The notes beneath the pieces are model-generated. The model was not told where the DNA came from. It made no database searches and worked only from the letters and a program-made list of their open reading frames with translations. The position numbers and the translations under genes are program-made. From the NCBI GenBank assembly GCA_964633905.1, contig CAZWIT010000001.1, positions 329 to 64,328 on the forward strand: a DNA stretch of 64,000 nucleotides. Reading direction: 5' to 3'. The stretch comes from an uncultured Gammaproteobacteria bacterium (GTDB taxonomy: Bacteria > Patescibacteriota > Patescibacteriia > UBA1558 > GWA2-36-10). Positions 9,757 through 18,834 of the stretch are shown piece after piece; the first letter of the stretch is position 1, and every line of letters begins with the position of its first letter.

Positions 9757-9783
9757 TAGTTTCCGCTTGAAGAGCGGAAACTA
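9757..9783. promoter_or_regulatory. Perfect 10-bp stem / 7-nt loop hairpin in the pilM leader
   Basis: tagtttccgc-ttgaaga-gcggaaacta, lying 37 nt upstream of the pilM start. No U-tract follows. Confidence 0.45.
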
Positions 9784-9819
9784 TTTCACGGGGTAAAGAT
9801 AATAAAAAGAGTAGATATT

Positions 9820-10956
9820 ATGAATTTATTTTCAAGTAGTAATAGTTATTTAGGTATTGATATTGGCACTTCTAGTATCAAGATGGTTGAATTAGAAAAC
9901 TTTAAAGGCCAAGCTAAACTTAAGACTTATGGTTATGCTGATGTTTCTACTAATATTTTGAGAGGCACAGTTGAAAAAAATAATCAGGCTATTGCCGATT
10001 ATATTAATTTAATTGCTAGTAAATCCAAGATAACTAGTCGCCAAGTGGTAGCAGCTTTGCCTACTTTTTCAGTTTTTAATTTTATTATTACCTTACCTCC
10101 TATGCCAAAAAAAGATTTGGCAGCGGCTATTAAATGGGAAGCTAAAAAATTTATCCCTGTGCCTATTGAAGAAATGATTTTGGATTGGAAAATTTTAAAT
10201 AAAAAGAAAGTTAAGGGCAATAGTTTATTTTCTAAAAAAACAGAGGGCAAAGTAGAAACTAAAGACAATTCCGTTAATGCTAATAATATTAGCAATCCTG
10301 CTTCTGCCCATGTTGATGATAAAAATTATAGAATACTACTGACAGCTGCTCCTAAAAATTTAGTAGCTCGCTATATTGATATTTTTAAAAAAGCTAAATT
10401 AAATTTGTTGAGTTTAGAAACGGAAGCTTTTGCTTTATCACGCTCTTTGATTGGTAATGATTTATCAACAATTATGGTTGTGGATATGGGCTCTAGTAAT
10501 ACGGACATCTGTATCATTGAAGAAGGGGTGCCAGTTTTAAATAGAGGTATTGACACTGGTGGTGAATCTTTGACTAAAGGTATTATGAATAGCTTAAATA
10601 TTAATCAAGAACGAGCTGAACAATTTAAGCGCGATTTTGGTTTATCAGCTGGCGCCAATCAAAATATTCCGGATGTGATTGAAAAAAGTTTAGCGGCTAT
10701 TATTAATGAGATTAAATATATTTTTGAAATTTATCAAAGGCAAGGAGCCAGCACTATTGATAAGATTATTTTAACAGGGGGTAGTGCTTGGTTACCTAAA
10801 TTACCAGAATATTTATCTAACTTATTGAAATTGCCAGTAATCATTGGTGATCCTTGGGATCGTATTGTTTATCCTTTAGATTTAAAACCAGTTTTATATG
10901 AGATTGGTCCAAGTATGGCTGTTAGTATTGGTTTAGCCATGCGTGATATACAATAA
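9820..10956 (+). CDS. pilM: Type IV pilus assembly protein PilM (actin-like ATPase fold)
   Basis: N-terminal LGIDIGTSSIKMVEL, which is the PilM/FtsA-like phosphate-1 motif. Length 378 aa. It is the first gene of a pilMNO-pilB block. Confidence 0.85.
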   Translation: MNLFSSSNSYLGIDIGTSSIKMVELENFKGQAKLKTYGYADVSTNILRGTVEKNNQAIADYINLIASKSKITSRQVVAALPTFSVFNFIITLPPMPKKDLAAAIKWEAKKFIPVPIEEMILDWKILNKKKVKGNSLFSKKTEGKVETKDNSVNANNISNPASAHVDDKNYRILLTAAPKNLVARYIDIFKKAKLNLLSLETEAFALSRSLIGNDLSTIMVVDMGSSNTDICIIEEGVPVLNRGIDTGGESLTKGIMNSLNINQERAEQFKRDFGLSAGANQNIPDVIEKSLAAIINEIKYIFEIYQRQGASTIDKIILTGGSAWLPKLPEYLSNLLKLPVIIGDPWDRIVYPLDLKPVLYEIGPSMAVSIGLAMRDIQ

Positions 10957-10984
10957 GCTAGCTATATTTTAATAAAAATAAAAA

Positions 10985-12688
10985 ATGGCCGAAGATAAAA
11001 ATATTAATTTAATGCCAGAGGATCTGCGTAAAAAGGAAGATTTGATTAAAAAATCAAATTGGTCTTTTACGCCAGATTTGTCATCTCCAGTTAATGTAAA
11101 AAATAAGGGCTTACATACTAATAAACCAAGTGGCTCTAACCCTTCTCTTTGGTCTAAGTTATTTTCTTCTTTAAAGCCAGTACCAAAAGTAAAACCAGCG
11201 CCAATTTTAACTCCTGTTAATAAAGCAAATACAAAAGTAGAACCGATTCCTACGCCAGTTATTAAATCTCCTATTTTTATTGCTCCAGATATTAAGGCCA
11301 TGGAAGCAAAAGCAATGCCGCCCAAGCTTGATAAAGTAGAGGAGCATATTCAAGATTTTGTGGCTGATAAAAAAATTAAAGAACCTAAATTAAAAAATAG
11401 CGGTCCTTCTTTTTGGTCTAAGTTATTTTCTTCTTCAAAGTCAGTGCCAAAAGTAAAGCCTATGCCGAATTTAACTCCGGTAAGTTCAGCCAAACCAAAA
11501 ATTGAACCAAAAACTGAGCCTTTGGTAATTCCGACTATTAAGTCTCCTATTTATACGGCGCCAAGTATGAGTCCAATCGCTATTAAGGCAGATAATAACG
11601 TAAAGACAGGCGAGCATATTCAAGATTTTGTGGCTGATAAAAAAATTAAAGAAGCTAAATTAAAAAATAGCGGTCCTTCTTGGTGGCAACGTTTATTATC
11701 TTTTTTTAAGCCTAAGGCCCGCACGCCTAAGCCAGCTAAACCAAGTGCTTCAGTTTTAACGCAGGCCATAAAACGTAATGGTTATAAGGTGGAGACTGCT
11801 AATTTAGAAATGCATCAAGCTACCAAACAAAATGCAGTTATGCCGAAACAGGATCTTAAAGATTTAAATCAAAAAGTTGAAGATATTTTAGAAACAAAAC
11901 CAGTTGTTGAAAAAGTACCTAAAACTGCAGAGGCAGCGGATATTGTTTTGCCTACAGCAGTAGTAAAACCAGAAATAATTAAAACAGAGCCAGTAGCATC
12001 AGATTTTGATATTCCTAGTATGCCAACTGCAGAAAAGCTTTCCAAATCACCAGCAGTTGCAGCCACCCCAGTTGAAAATAATAAATTTCATCAACCTGAT
12101 CTTTTGCATAAAAATGGCTTGATGGGTCAAATTGGTAATGTTGATTTAATACCGCAGGCCGCTAAACTGCGTAGTTGGCGTCAGATTAATGGCTTGCTGT
12201 CTTTAGCTAGTGTTGCGTCATTGCTTATTATCGGAGTTTTTTATGGGGCCTTATTATTGCAAGAGCAGGCCATCATCAAAGAGCAAAAGCTACAACAAAC
12301 AGCCATGTTGGAGCTTGAAAAAAAAGTTTTGAATTTTAATGATTTAAATAAGAATATTAAAGTTTTGGGTGAAGAAATTAATTTAGTGCAAGAAGCATTA
12401 AATAAACACATCTACTGGACAAAGTTTTTTACTCTTTTAGAAAAATATACCTTGCCAGAAGTTTATTATAGCGGTCTTTCGGCTGGTAATAATGGAGCCT
12501 TGACCTTGGGTGCTACTACTGATAGTTATGAGGCTGTAGCTAGGCAGTTAAAGGTTTTACAGGGAGAAGAGGCTAAGGAATTTATCACAGCCGTTAGTAT
12601 TAGTGGTGCTGTAAAAGATGGTAATAAGGTTGGTTTTTCTGTTAATTTAGTATTGAACCCGAATTTATTTTATTATGATAAACAATAG
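10985..12688 (+). CDS. pilN: PilN-like protein with an extended repeat-containing N-terminal region
   Basis: The C-terminal third has a single TM helix (LLSLASVASLLIIGVFYGALLL) followed by a coiled-coil/PilN-like region. Position immediately after pilM supports the call. The N-terminal roughly 300 aa is Pro/Lys-rich with 90-aa tandem repeats. Confidence 0.6.
   Translation: MAEDKNINLMPEDLRKKEDLIKKSNWSFTPDLSSPVNVKNKGLHTNKPSGSNPSLWSKLFSSLKPVPKVKPAPILTPVNKANTKVEPIPTPVIKSPIFIAPDIKAMEAKAMPPKLDKVEEHIQDFVADKKIKEPKLKNSGPSFWSKLFSSSKSVPKVKPMPNLTPVSSAKPKIEPKTEPLVIPTIKSPIYTAPSMSPIAIKADNNVKTGEHIQDFVADKKIKEAKLKNSGPSWWQRLLSFFKPKARTPKPAKPSASVLTQAIKRNGYKVETANLEMHQATKQNAVMPKQDLKDLNQKVEDILETKPVVEKVPKTAEAADIVLPTAVVKPEIIKTEPVASDFDIPSMPTAEKLSKSPAVAATPVENNKFHQPDLLHKNGLMGQIGNVDLIPQAAKLRSWRQINGLLSLASVASLLIIGVFYGALLLQEQAIIKEQKLQQTAMLELEKKVLNFNDLNKNIKVLGEEINLVQEALNKHIYWTKFFTLLEKYTLPEVYYSGLSAGNNGALTLGATTDSYEAVARQLKVLQGEEAKEFITAVSISGAVKDGNKVGFSVNLVLNPNLFYYDKQ
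11141..11760 (+). repeat. Tandem direct repeat, about 270-nt period, 2 full copies plus a partial third, inside the pilN-like gene
   Basis: A 69-nt block gagcatattcaagattttgtggctgataaaaaaattaaagaa(c/g)ctaaattaaaaaatagcggtccttct recurs at 11341 and 11611 with one mismatch. Flanking segments (ccttctYtttggtctaagttattttcttct...) also recur. This encodes the repeated peptide GEHIQDFVADKKIKExKLKNSGPSxW...KVKP. Confidence 0.85.
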
Positions 12689-12693
12689 TTTGT

Positions 12694-13380
12694 ATGGCCA
12701 ATAAAAACGAAATAAAATTTGAACAGCCTTCTGATTTGTTGGTTATAAGCAATCGCTATATAGTAGTTATTATGTCACTTTTGGTTTTTGCTCTTTTGAT
12801 GCTTGGCTACTTCTTTTTACTTAAGCCTAAAATGGTTAGTAATGAGGCTAGACAAGAACAAAATGATAAGAATATTGCCAATCAAGAAGCTAGTCAGAGA
12901 TTGCTTGCTAGTCTAGGCCGCTTAGAAAGCGAGTATAAGAATATCCAAGCTAATCGACAAGCTGATTTAGAGCAGTTAAAGAAAATTTTACCAACCAATC
13001 CGCAAGTAGCAGAAATATTTGTATTATCAGAAAAATTAGCTTTGGATAATGGCTTAAAATTAAATTCCGTTGATATTTCGGTAGATAATAATTCAAATGC
13101 TGAAAAAAATAGTGCTTCAACAGTATTAAAAATTTTACCATTGCGTTTTTCTTTAACTAGAATTTCTGATGAAGAAATGACAGATTTTTTTCCAGAAGGC
13201 TCCGTCCTTCCTTTTGATCCTAATATTGATGATTATACTTTATTTAAAAATTACATTGCTACTTTGGAAAAAAATTTACGTTTAATGGATATTCAGACAT
13301 TATCCTTGCCAGCTCTTTCGGCAGATCCTGAGAGTAATGTACCTAGTTTTAATTTTAGTGTGCTTACTTATTATCGATAA
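12694..13380 (+). CDS. pilO: PilO-like pilus assembly protein (bitopic, coiled-coil)
   Basis: Short cytoplasmic N-terminus, one TM helix, then a coiled-coil periplasmic region. Gene order is pilM-pilN-this gene. Confidence 0.5.
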   Translation: MANKNEIKFEQPSDLLVISNRYIVVIMSLLVFALLMLGYFFLLKPKMVSNEARQEQNDKNIANQEASQRLLASLGRLESEYKNIQANRQADLEQLKKILPTNPQVAEIFVLSEKLALDNGLKLNSVDISVDNNSNAEKNSASTVLKILPLRFSLTRISDEEMTDFFPEGSVLPFDPNIDDYTLFKNYIATLEKNLRLMDIQTLSLPALSADPESNVPSFNFSVLTYYR

Positions 13381-13385
13381 TTTTT

Positions 13386-13727
13386 ATGGAAAATAAAAAA
13401 AATCTTATTACCTTATTGATTATTTTTGGCATCGTTTTGATAGGCGGTAGCTTGTATTTATTTTATTTTTCCCGTGATGATGTGTCAATTAACTGGTCTC
13501 TTATCAAAGAAGATGCTATGCCACAGGTTGAAATGCAACAAATAGAATCAGCCAAAAATTTAACTCAAGAAAATATTAAAAATTTTGTTAAAACTAATAA
13601 ATTGGATGACTTAGTAAATAGCGAGCAGTATAAGGGTTTAGTTGATCCTAATATTCAAATTGAAATTGGTACAGTAAGCAATCCAGCTCCTTTTACGCAG
13701 CCTTTTGTCGAAGAAAAAAACAACTAG
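13386..13727 (+). CDS. Small membrane-anchored protein in the PilP position of the operon
   Basis: N-terminal TM segment (LITLLIIFGIVLIGGSLYLFYF), 113 aa, translationally coupled between pilO and pilB. No PilP signature is recognisable. Confidence 0.4.
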   Translation: MENKKNLITLLIIFGIVLIGGSLYLFYFSRDDVSINWSLIKEDAMPQVEMQQIESAKNLTQENIKNFVKTNKLDDLVNSEQYKGLVDPNIQIEIGTVSNPAPFTQPFVEEKNN

Positions 13728-13733
13728 ATAATT

Positions 13734-15476
13734 TTGTTATTTATGGTAGCCAACGAAGCTCAAAAATTACTTGATTATCTAAAAAATAATCAGCTAGTCA
13801 ACGATGATCAATATAACGAATTGATAAAAACACAATTCGTTTCTTTTGCTGATTTAGAGAAAACAGTACGTCGTTTAGTTTTGGTTTCTGATGAAGATTG
13901 GACTCAAGCTAAAGCTGTCTTTTTTGGCATGGAATACGCCAATTTAATTGGACAGTCTATTAGTCCAGATATATTAAATATTTTACCGGCTGATTTGGCA
14001 GAAAATTATCAAATTGTAGTATTTGCAAGAGATGATGCTAATTTGTCAGCTGGAATGGTTGATCCTAGTAATTTTAAAGCCATGGAAGCTTTAAATTTTC
14101 TAGCCCGTAAACAAAATTATCAGGTTAAATATTTTTTAATTTCTTTAGATAGTTATCGTACGGCTGTTAAGCAGTATGAAACTCTAGGTCAGGAAGTAGG
14201 GGAAGCTTTGGATACAGCTCAGGCTATTTTTGCACCTTCAGAAGAAGAGGTGGCTGGTGCAGAGGCTGGGGAAGTTGTTAAAAGTGCTCCAGTATCTAAA
14301 ATTGTCTCTGTTGTTTTGCGTCATGCTATTGAAGGTAGAGCCTCTGATATTCATATTGAACCAGTTGGCAAACAAAGCAAGGTTCGTTATCGTATTGATG
14401 GTATTTTGCACACTACTATTGTATTACCAATTTATGTCCATGCAGCCTTGGTGTCTCGTATTAAAGTTATGGCTAATTTAAAAATTGATGAAACACGCGT
14501 ACCTCAAGATGGCCGTATCAGGCTTACTATTCATAATAAAGAAATAGATTTTCGTGTTTCTACTTTGCCTTTGATGGGACAAGAAAAAGTAGTAATGCGT
14601 ATTTTAGATACACCTGACAAGGCACCTACTTTTAAGGACTTAGGTTTTTTTGGTTTACAAGCCAAGGTTATTGAAGAGAATATCAATAAACCACACGGCT
14701 TATTTTTACTCACCGGGCCTACTGGTTCTGGTAAAAGCACGACTCTTTATGCGGCTTTAAGTTATTTAAATAAAGAAGAAGTAAATATTGCAACCCTAGA
14801 AGACCCAGTTGAATATTATATTCCAGGAGTTAATCAGTCCCAAATTAGGCCAGAAGTTAATTTTACTTTTGCTACAGGTTTAAGGTCATTACTTAGACAG
14901 GATCCTGATATTATTATGGTGGGAGAAGTGCGTGATAATGAAACTGCCGAACTTGCTATACATGCTGGTCTTACGGGACACTCAGTTTTGACTACCTTGC
15001 ACACTAATGATGCGGTTGGCACAATACCACGTTTATTTGATATGCATGTTGAACCATTTTTACTGGCTAATACTTTAAATGCTGTTATTGCTCAGCGTTT
15101 AGTAAGAAGGATTTGTTCTAAGTGTAAGGCAGAAGAACAGATACCAGCTGATGTTTTACAGAAAATTAAAGATGAACTAGCAAAAGTGCCGGAAGCAGCT
15201 TTATATGGAGGCCTGGATCGTAATAATATGAAGTTTTTTAAGGGCTTGGGCTGTGTGAATTGCTCGCAAACCGGCTACAAGGGTCGTTTATCTATAGTAG
15301 AGGCTATTAATGTTACTCGCGGTCTGCAGGAGGTTATTGCCAAGGGTTTTGCTCGTGAAGCAGCCGAGGAAGAATTAATAAAGCAAAATTTTATCACTAT
15401 GCAAACTGATGGCTTGATTAAAGCAGCTCTCGGCATGACCACTGTAGAAGAAGTAATGCGCGTCAGTAAAATGTAA
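13734..15476 (+). CDS. pilB: Type IV pilus extension ATPase PilB (GspE family)
   Basis: Walker A LLTGPTGSGKSTTLYAAL. Asp box, Walker B and His box are all intact (DPDIIMVGEVRD, GHSVLTTLHTND). A C-terminal tetracysteine zinc motif is present (CSKCK...CVNCSQTGYKGR). Length 580 aa. Confidence 0.9.
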   Translation: MLFMVANEAQKLLDYLKNNQLVNDDQYNELIKTQFVSFADLEKTVRRLVLVSDEDWTQAKAVFFGMEYANLIGQSISPDILNILPADLAENYQIVVFARDDANLSAGMVDPSNFKAMEALNFLARKQNYQVKYFLISLDSYRTAVKQYETLGQEVGEALDTAQAIFAPSEEEVAGAEAGEVVKSAPVSKIVSVVLRHAIEGRASDIHIEPVGKQSKVRYRIDGILHTTIVLPIYVHAALVSRIKVMANLKIDETRVPQDGRIRLTIHNKEIDFRVSTLPLMGQEKVVMRILDTPDKAPTFKDLGFFGLQAKVIEENINKPHGLFLLTGPTGSGKSTTLYAALSYLNKEEVNIATLEDPVEYYIPGVNQSQIRPEVNFTFATGLRSLLRQDPDIIMVGEVRDNETAELAIHAGLTGHSVLTTLHTNDAVGTIPRLFDMHVEPFLLANTLNAVIAQRLVRRICSKCKAEEQIPADVLQKIKDELAKVPEAALYGGLDRNNMKFFKGLGCVNCSQTGYKGRLSIVEAINVTRGLQEVIAKGFAREAAEEELIKQNFITMQTDGLIKAALGMTTVEEVMRVSKM

Positions 15477-15494
15477 TTGATCAATTAGAAATTT

Positions 15495-15866
15495 ATGAAC
15501 AGTAAAAAAATATTAGTAGTAGAAGATGATAACTTTTTATTAGCAATGTATAATACTAAGTTATTATTAGAAAATTTTAAAGTTGTTACTGCAACTACCG
15601 GAGTTCAAGCTTTACGTTTAGTGAATAAAGAAAAACCAGATTTGATTTTGTTGGATTTAAATTTGCCAGAAATGGATGGTTTTGAAGTTTTAGCTAATTT
15701 AAAACACGATAAAGATACTAGCAATATTCCAGTCATTGTTTTGACTAATTATTCCCAAAAAGAGCATATTGATAAATGTTTTGCTTTAGGTGCCGCTGAT
15801 TATTTAATAAAAGCTCATTTTGTGCCAGCCGAAGTGGTTGATAAAATAAAAAAGATTTTAGTTTAA
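15495..15866 (+). CDS. Stand-alone receiver-domain response regulator (CheY/PilH-like)
   Basis: 123 aa. Acidic pocket VVEDDNF, phospho-acceptor region LILLDLNLPEMDGFEV, a conserved Thr in VLTNYS, and a Lys in the KAHF region. There is no output domain. Confidence 0.8.
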   Translation: MNSKKILVVEDDNFLLAMYNTKLLLENFKVVTATTGVQALRLVNKEKPDLILLDLNLPEMDGFEVLANLKHDKDTSNIPVIVLTNYSQKEHIDKCFALGAADYLIKAHFVPAEVVDKIKKILV

Positions 15867-15868
15867 AA

Positions 15869-16933
15869 ATGTCTGACACTTTATTTATTAATAAGATTTT
15901 AAACATCGCCCTGGAGCGTAGAGCCACGGACGTGCATTTGGTAGTAGCTAATAATCCAGTATTACGTATTGATGGGAGACTAGTTACTTTGACTGATGAG
16001 CAGTTATTGAGTCCAGATTTAATCAATGATTTAGTTGCCTCCTTTTTGAGTCCAGCTAATTTGGAGCGTTTAAATAAAGAAAAAGAAATTACCACTGTTT
16101 ATACTTGGGCTGATCGAGCAAGATTTAGAGCAAAAATATTTTATCAAAAAGGATATTTAGCTCTTTCTATGCGTCTAATTTCATCATTAATTATGTCACC
16201 TAAAGATTTAGGTATACCACAAACAGTAGTGCAGAGTCTAAATAAAACTAGTGGTTTAGTAATCATCACTGGTCCTTATGGTTCAGGTAGGACGACTACA
16301 GCCGCGGCTTTGCTTGAAACTTTAAATCGTAATCGAGGCATGCATATTCAAACCATTGAAGAGCCGATTGAATATTTATTTGTTAATAATCAGTCAGTTA
16401 TTGAACAACGAGAAGTTGGTCGTGATGTTACTAGTTTTAGTAAAGGCTTAGAAACTATTATTGAAGATGATGTGGATGCTGTATTGTTATCTAGTCTACA
16501 CGAAGATGGCTTGGAAGAAATGGTTTTAGAATTAGCTGAAAGTGGTAAATTAGTATTAGTGATTATGGATGCTGATTCGGTGATATCAGCTCTAGATCGT
16601 TTTATTAGTAATTTGTCAGCTGACCGGAGAGCTTGGGGGCAAAATATTTTATCAGAAGTATTATTGGTAGTTTTAGCTCAGCGTCTACTTCCTAGAGTAG
16701 GTGGGGGCATGGCTTTGGCTTGTGAAGTTTTAACTACCACGCCAGCTGTTAAATCAAGTATCAAAGAAAACCATTTATATCAGTTAAGTAGTATTATGCA
16801 AACTTCTCGTGAAGAGGGCATGGTTTATTTAGATAAATCTTTATGGGATTTAGTGCGGGCTGGTGATATTGCTGCCGAAGAAGCAATGAAGGTAGCTGAT
16901 AATCCTCAAATATTTAAACAAGCAATTAAGTAA
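15869..16933 (+). CDS. PilT-like hexameric ATPase paralogue with degenerate catalytic motifs; predicted pseudo-ATPase
   Basis: Overall it matches the PilT architecture (N-terminal PAS-like domain, HIQTIEEPIEY Asp-box region, 354 aa). Walker A reads GPYGSGRTT, with the lysine replaced by Arg; the codon AGG was checked in the nucleotide sequence. The Walker B region is DAVLLSSLHED in place of DIILVGEMRD, so the catalytic Glu is lost. The His box is KLVLVIMDAD in place of GHLVFGTLHT, so both His residues are lost. Confidence 0.8.
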   Translation: MSDTLFINKILNIALERRATDVHLVVANNPVLRIDGRLVTLTDEQLLSPDLINDLVASFLSPANLERLNKEKEITTVYTWADRARFRAKIFYQKGYLALSMRLISSLIMSPKDLGIPQTVVQSLNKTSGLVIITGPYGSGRTTTAAALLETLNRNRGMHIQTIEEPIEYLFVNNQSVIEQREVGRDVTSFSKGLETIIEDDVDAVLLSSLHEDGLEEMVLELAESGKLVLVIMDADSVISALDRFISNLSADRRAWGQNILSEVLLVVLAQRLLPRVGGGMALACEVLTTTPAVKSSIKENHLYQLSSIMQTSREEGMVYLDKSLWDLVRAGDIAAEEAMKVADNPQIFKQAIK

Positions 16934-16936
16934 GTT

Positions 16937-18151
16937 ATGTTATTATTTAAATACAGGGCCAGAACTAGAGACGGGGCAATGACTAAAGGTGTAGTAGAGG
17001 CCTCGAGCAGTCAAGAGGCAGCAGAAATTTTAGCTGATCGCGATTTGATAGTTCTGTATTTAGAGGCTAGTAAAAATAAAAGTACTAAACATAGTATTAA
17101 TTTTAATATTGGTAAAGTTAGTCAAAAAGATTTAGTAATATTTTCGCGTCAGTTGGCAGTGATGATTCAGGCCACCATACCGATTGTTCAAGCTTTAAGG
17201 ATTTTAGCCCAGCAAACTTCTAACCCAATATTTTTAAGCAAAGTTAACGAGATGGCTAATGATGTTGATGGTGGTATGAAGTTATCGGATGCTCTTGCCA
17301 AACACAAGAAAATTTTCAGTAATTTTTATGTAGCCATGATTCGTTCTGGTGAAACTTCTGGTCGTTTGGAAGAAGTATTAGAATATTTGGCTGATCAGAT
17401 GGAAAAGGATTATGATCTCACATCGCGTATTAAGGGCGCTATGATTTATCCAGTTTTGATTTTATTTGGTATGGTCGGCGTTGGTACTTACGTGGTAGTA
17501 GCGATTTTGCCAAAAATGACAGTTATTTTAAAAGAAACTAGCACTGAGTTGCCGCTGGTTACTAGGGTTTTGATTGGTATTTCAGATTTTATGGTTGCAG
17601 CTTGGATTTGGATTTTACTTTTCTTACTTGGTTTGGGAGCTTTGTTTTATTGGTGGAAAAATAGCCGTTTAGGTAAATTGATTTGGGATTCTATTAAGAT
17701 TAAGATGCCAATTTTTGGAGCTCTTTATAAAAAGATATATTTAGTCCGTTTTACTAGAAGCTTATCAACTTTGATTCATGGTGGCGTACCAATTTCTTTG
17801 GCATTAAGAATTGTAGCTGAAGTTGTGGATAATCAGGCTTACCAAAAATTGATTTTAGACACAGTAGCAGAAGTAGAGGGTGGTAACTCTATCTCTACTT
17901 TATTTGCTCGTTCGCCTTTGATGCCAAAAATGCTTTCGCAAATGATGGTAATTGGCGAGCGAACTGGTAAAATAGACACTATTTTAGATAGATTGAGTGA
18001 TTTTTATAGCCGAGAAATTAATTTAATGGTATCTAATTTAACAACTTTGATAGAGCCTTTAATCTTAATTATTATGGGCGTGGGTGTCGGTGGTATGGTA
18101 GCGGCTGTTATGTTGCCTATGTATCAAGTAGCTCAAAGTATGTCGCAATAG
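16937..18151 (+). CDS. pilC: Type IV pilus inner-membrane platform protein PilC (GspF family)
   Basis: 404 aa. Two T2SS-F-like repeats with three TM segments. It sits next to pilB/pilT-like in a conserved position. Confidence 0.85.
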   Translation: MLLFKYRARTRDGAMTKGVVEASSSQEAAEILADRDLIVLYLEASKNKSTKHSINFNIGKVSQKDLVIFSRQLAVMIQATIPIVQALRILAQQTSNPIFLSKVNEMANDVDGGMKLSDALAKHKKIFSNFYVAMIRSGETSGRLEEVLEYLADQMEKDYDLTSRIKGAMIYPVLILFGMVGVGTYVVVAILPKMTVILKETSTELPLVTRVLIGISDFMVAAWIWILLFLLGLGALFYWWKNSRLGKLIWDSIKIKMPIFGALYKKIYLVRFTRSLSTLIHGGVPISLALRIVAEVVDNQAYQKLILDTVAEVEGGNSISTLFARSPLMPKMLSQMMVIGERTGKIDTILDRLSDFYSREINLMVSNLTTLIEPLILIIMGVGVGGMVAAVMLPMYQVAQSMSQ

Positions 18152-18154
18152 AAA

Positions 18155-18183
18155 TTGTCTAATAATGAAAAATTTGCTATAAT
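18155..18183 (+). promoter_or_regulatory. Pilin promoter, copy 1 (TTGTCT -35, 17-nt spacer, TGCTATAAT extended -10)
   Basis: The motif aaatttgctataat is shared with the two other pilin upstream regions. Confidence 0.5.
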
Positions 18184-18321
18184 TAATACTGTGGGGTATT
18201 CCACAAAATTAAAGTTATATTAATTAAATTATCAAGCTGAACTATTTTGAAATTTAGAGCTTCAGAGATCTCAAGCTTTAACTTTATCAGGGCAGTTTGG
18301 TGTAGGAGAGGAGGTGTAAAA

Positions 18322-18804
18322 ATGAAAAAATTAAAAGGTTTTACTTTGATCGAATTGTTAGTTGTTATTGCTATTATTGGTATTTTGGCATCAGTCGCTA
18401 TTGTCAACTTAAATAGTGCTAGACGTAAGGCTCACGCTGCTAATGTGCAGTCAGCTTTGAGTTCATTGTCTTCTGCTATTATTGTTTGCCACGATGATAA
18501 TTTACCACTACAAGGAGGACCTATAGCAGCCCCAGTTACTTGCAACGCAGGATGTGTTAATGGTACTTGTGACTCTACTACTGGCCCACAACCGGTTGCT
18601 GGCGGTAAAATTTGTGCTGGTTCGGAAACTCTTTGGCCAGACTTATTAACTGATAATTGGTCGTATTCAATAGCTACAACTTCTGGCAACTCTTATTGTG
18701 TGTCTTCTAGTACTTCTAATGTTTGGATGTTTAGAGCAGACGATAATAGTTCCGACCGTTATATTATCTGTGATCAAACTGGTTGTGTAGCTCACTCTAC
18801 ATAG
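18322..18804 (+). CDS. Type IV pilin (major pilin candidate 1)
   Basis: Prepilin leader MKKLKG|FTLIELLVVIAIIGILA with Glu5. Start set at ATG 18322, 8 nt after an AGGAGAGGAGG Shine-Dalgarno; the track ORF begins upstream. Several Cys pairs in the C-terminal globular domain. C-terminal motif WMFRADDNSSDRYIICDQTGC. Confidence 0.85.
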   Translation: MKKLKGFTLIELLVVIAIIGILASVAIVNLNSARRKAHAANVQSALSSLSSAIIVCHDDNLPLQGGPIAAPVTCNAGCVNGTCDSTTGPQPVAGGKICAGSETLWPDLLTDNWSYSIATTSGNSYCVSSSTSNVWMFRADDNSSDRYIICDQTGCVAHST

Positions 18805-18834
18805 TTACTAGTTATTCTTATAAAATTATTAAAA

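Noticed and set aside
18183-18407. 74-aa minus-strand ORF overlapping the pilin 1 promoter and start
   Set aside because: It is antisense to the pilin leader and promoter motif. It has no SD and no conservation signal.
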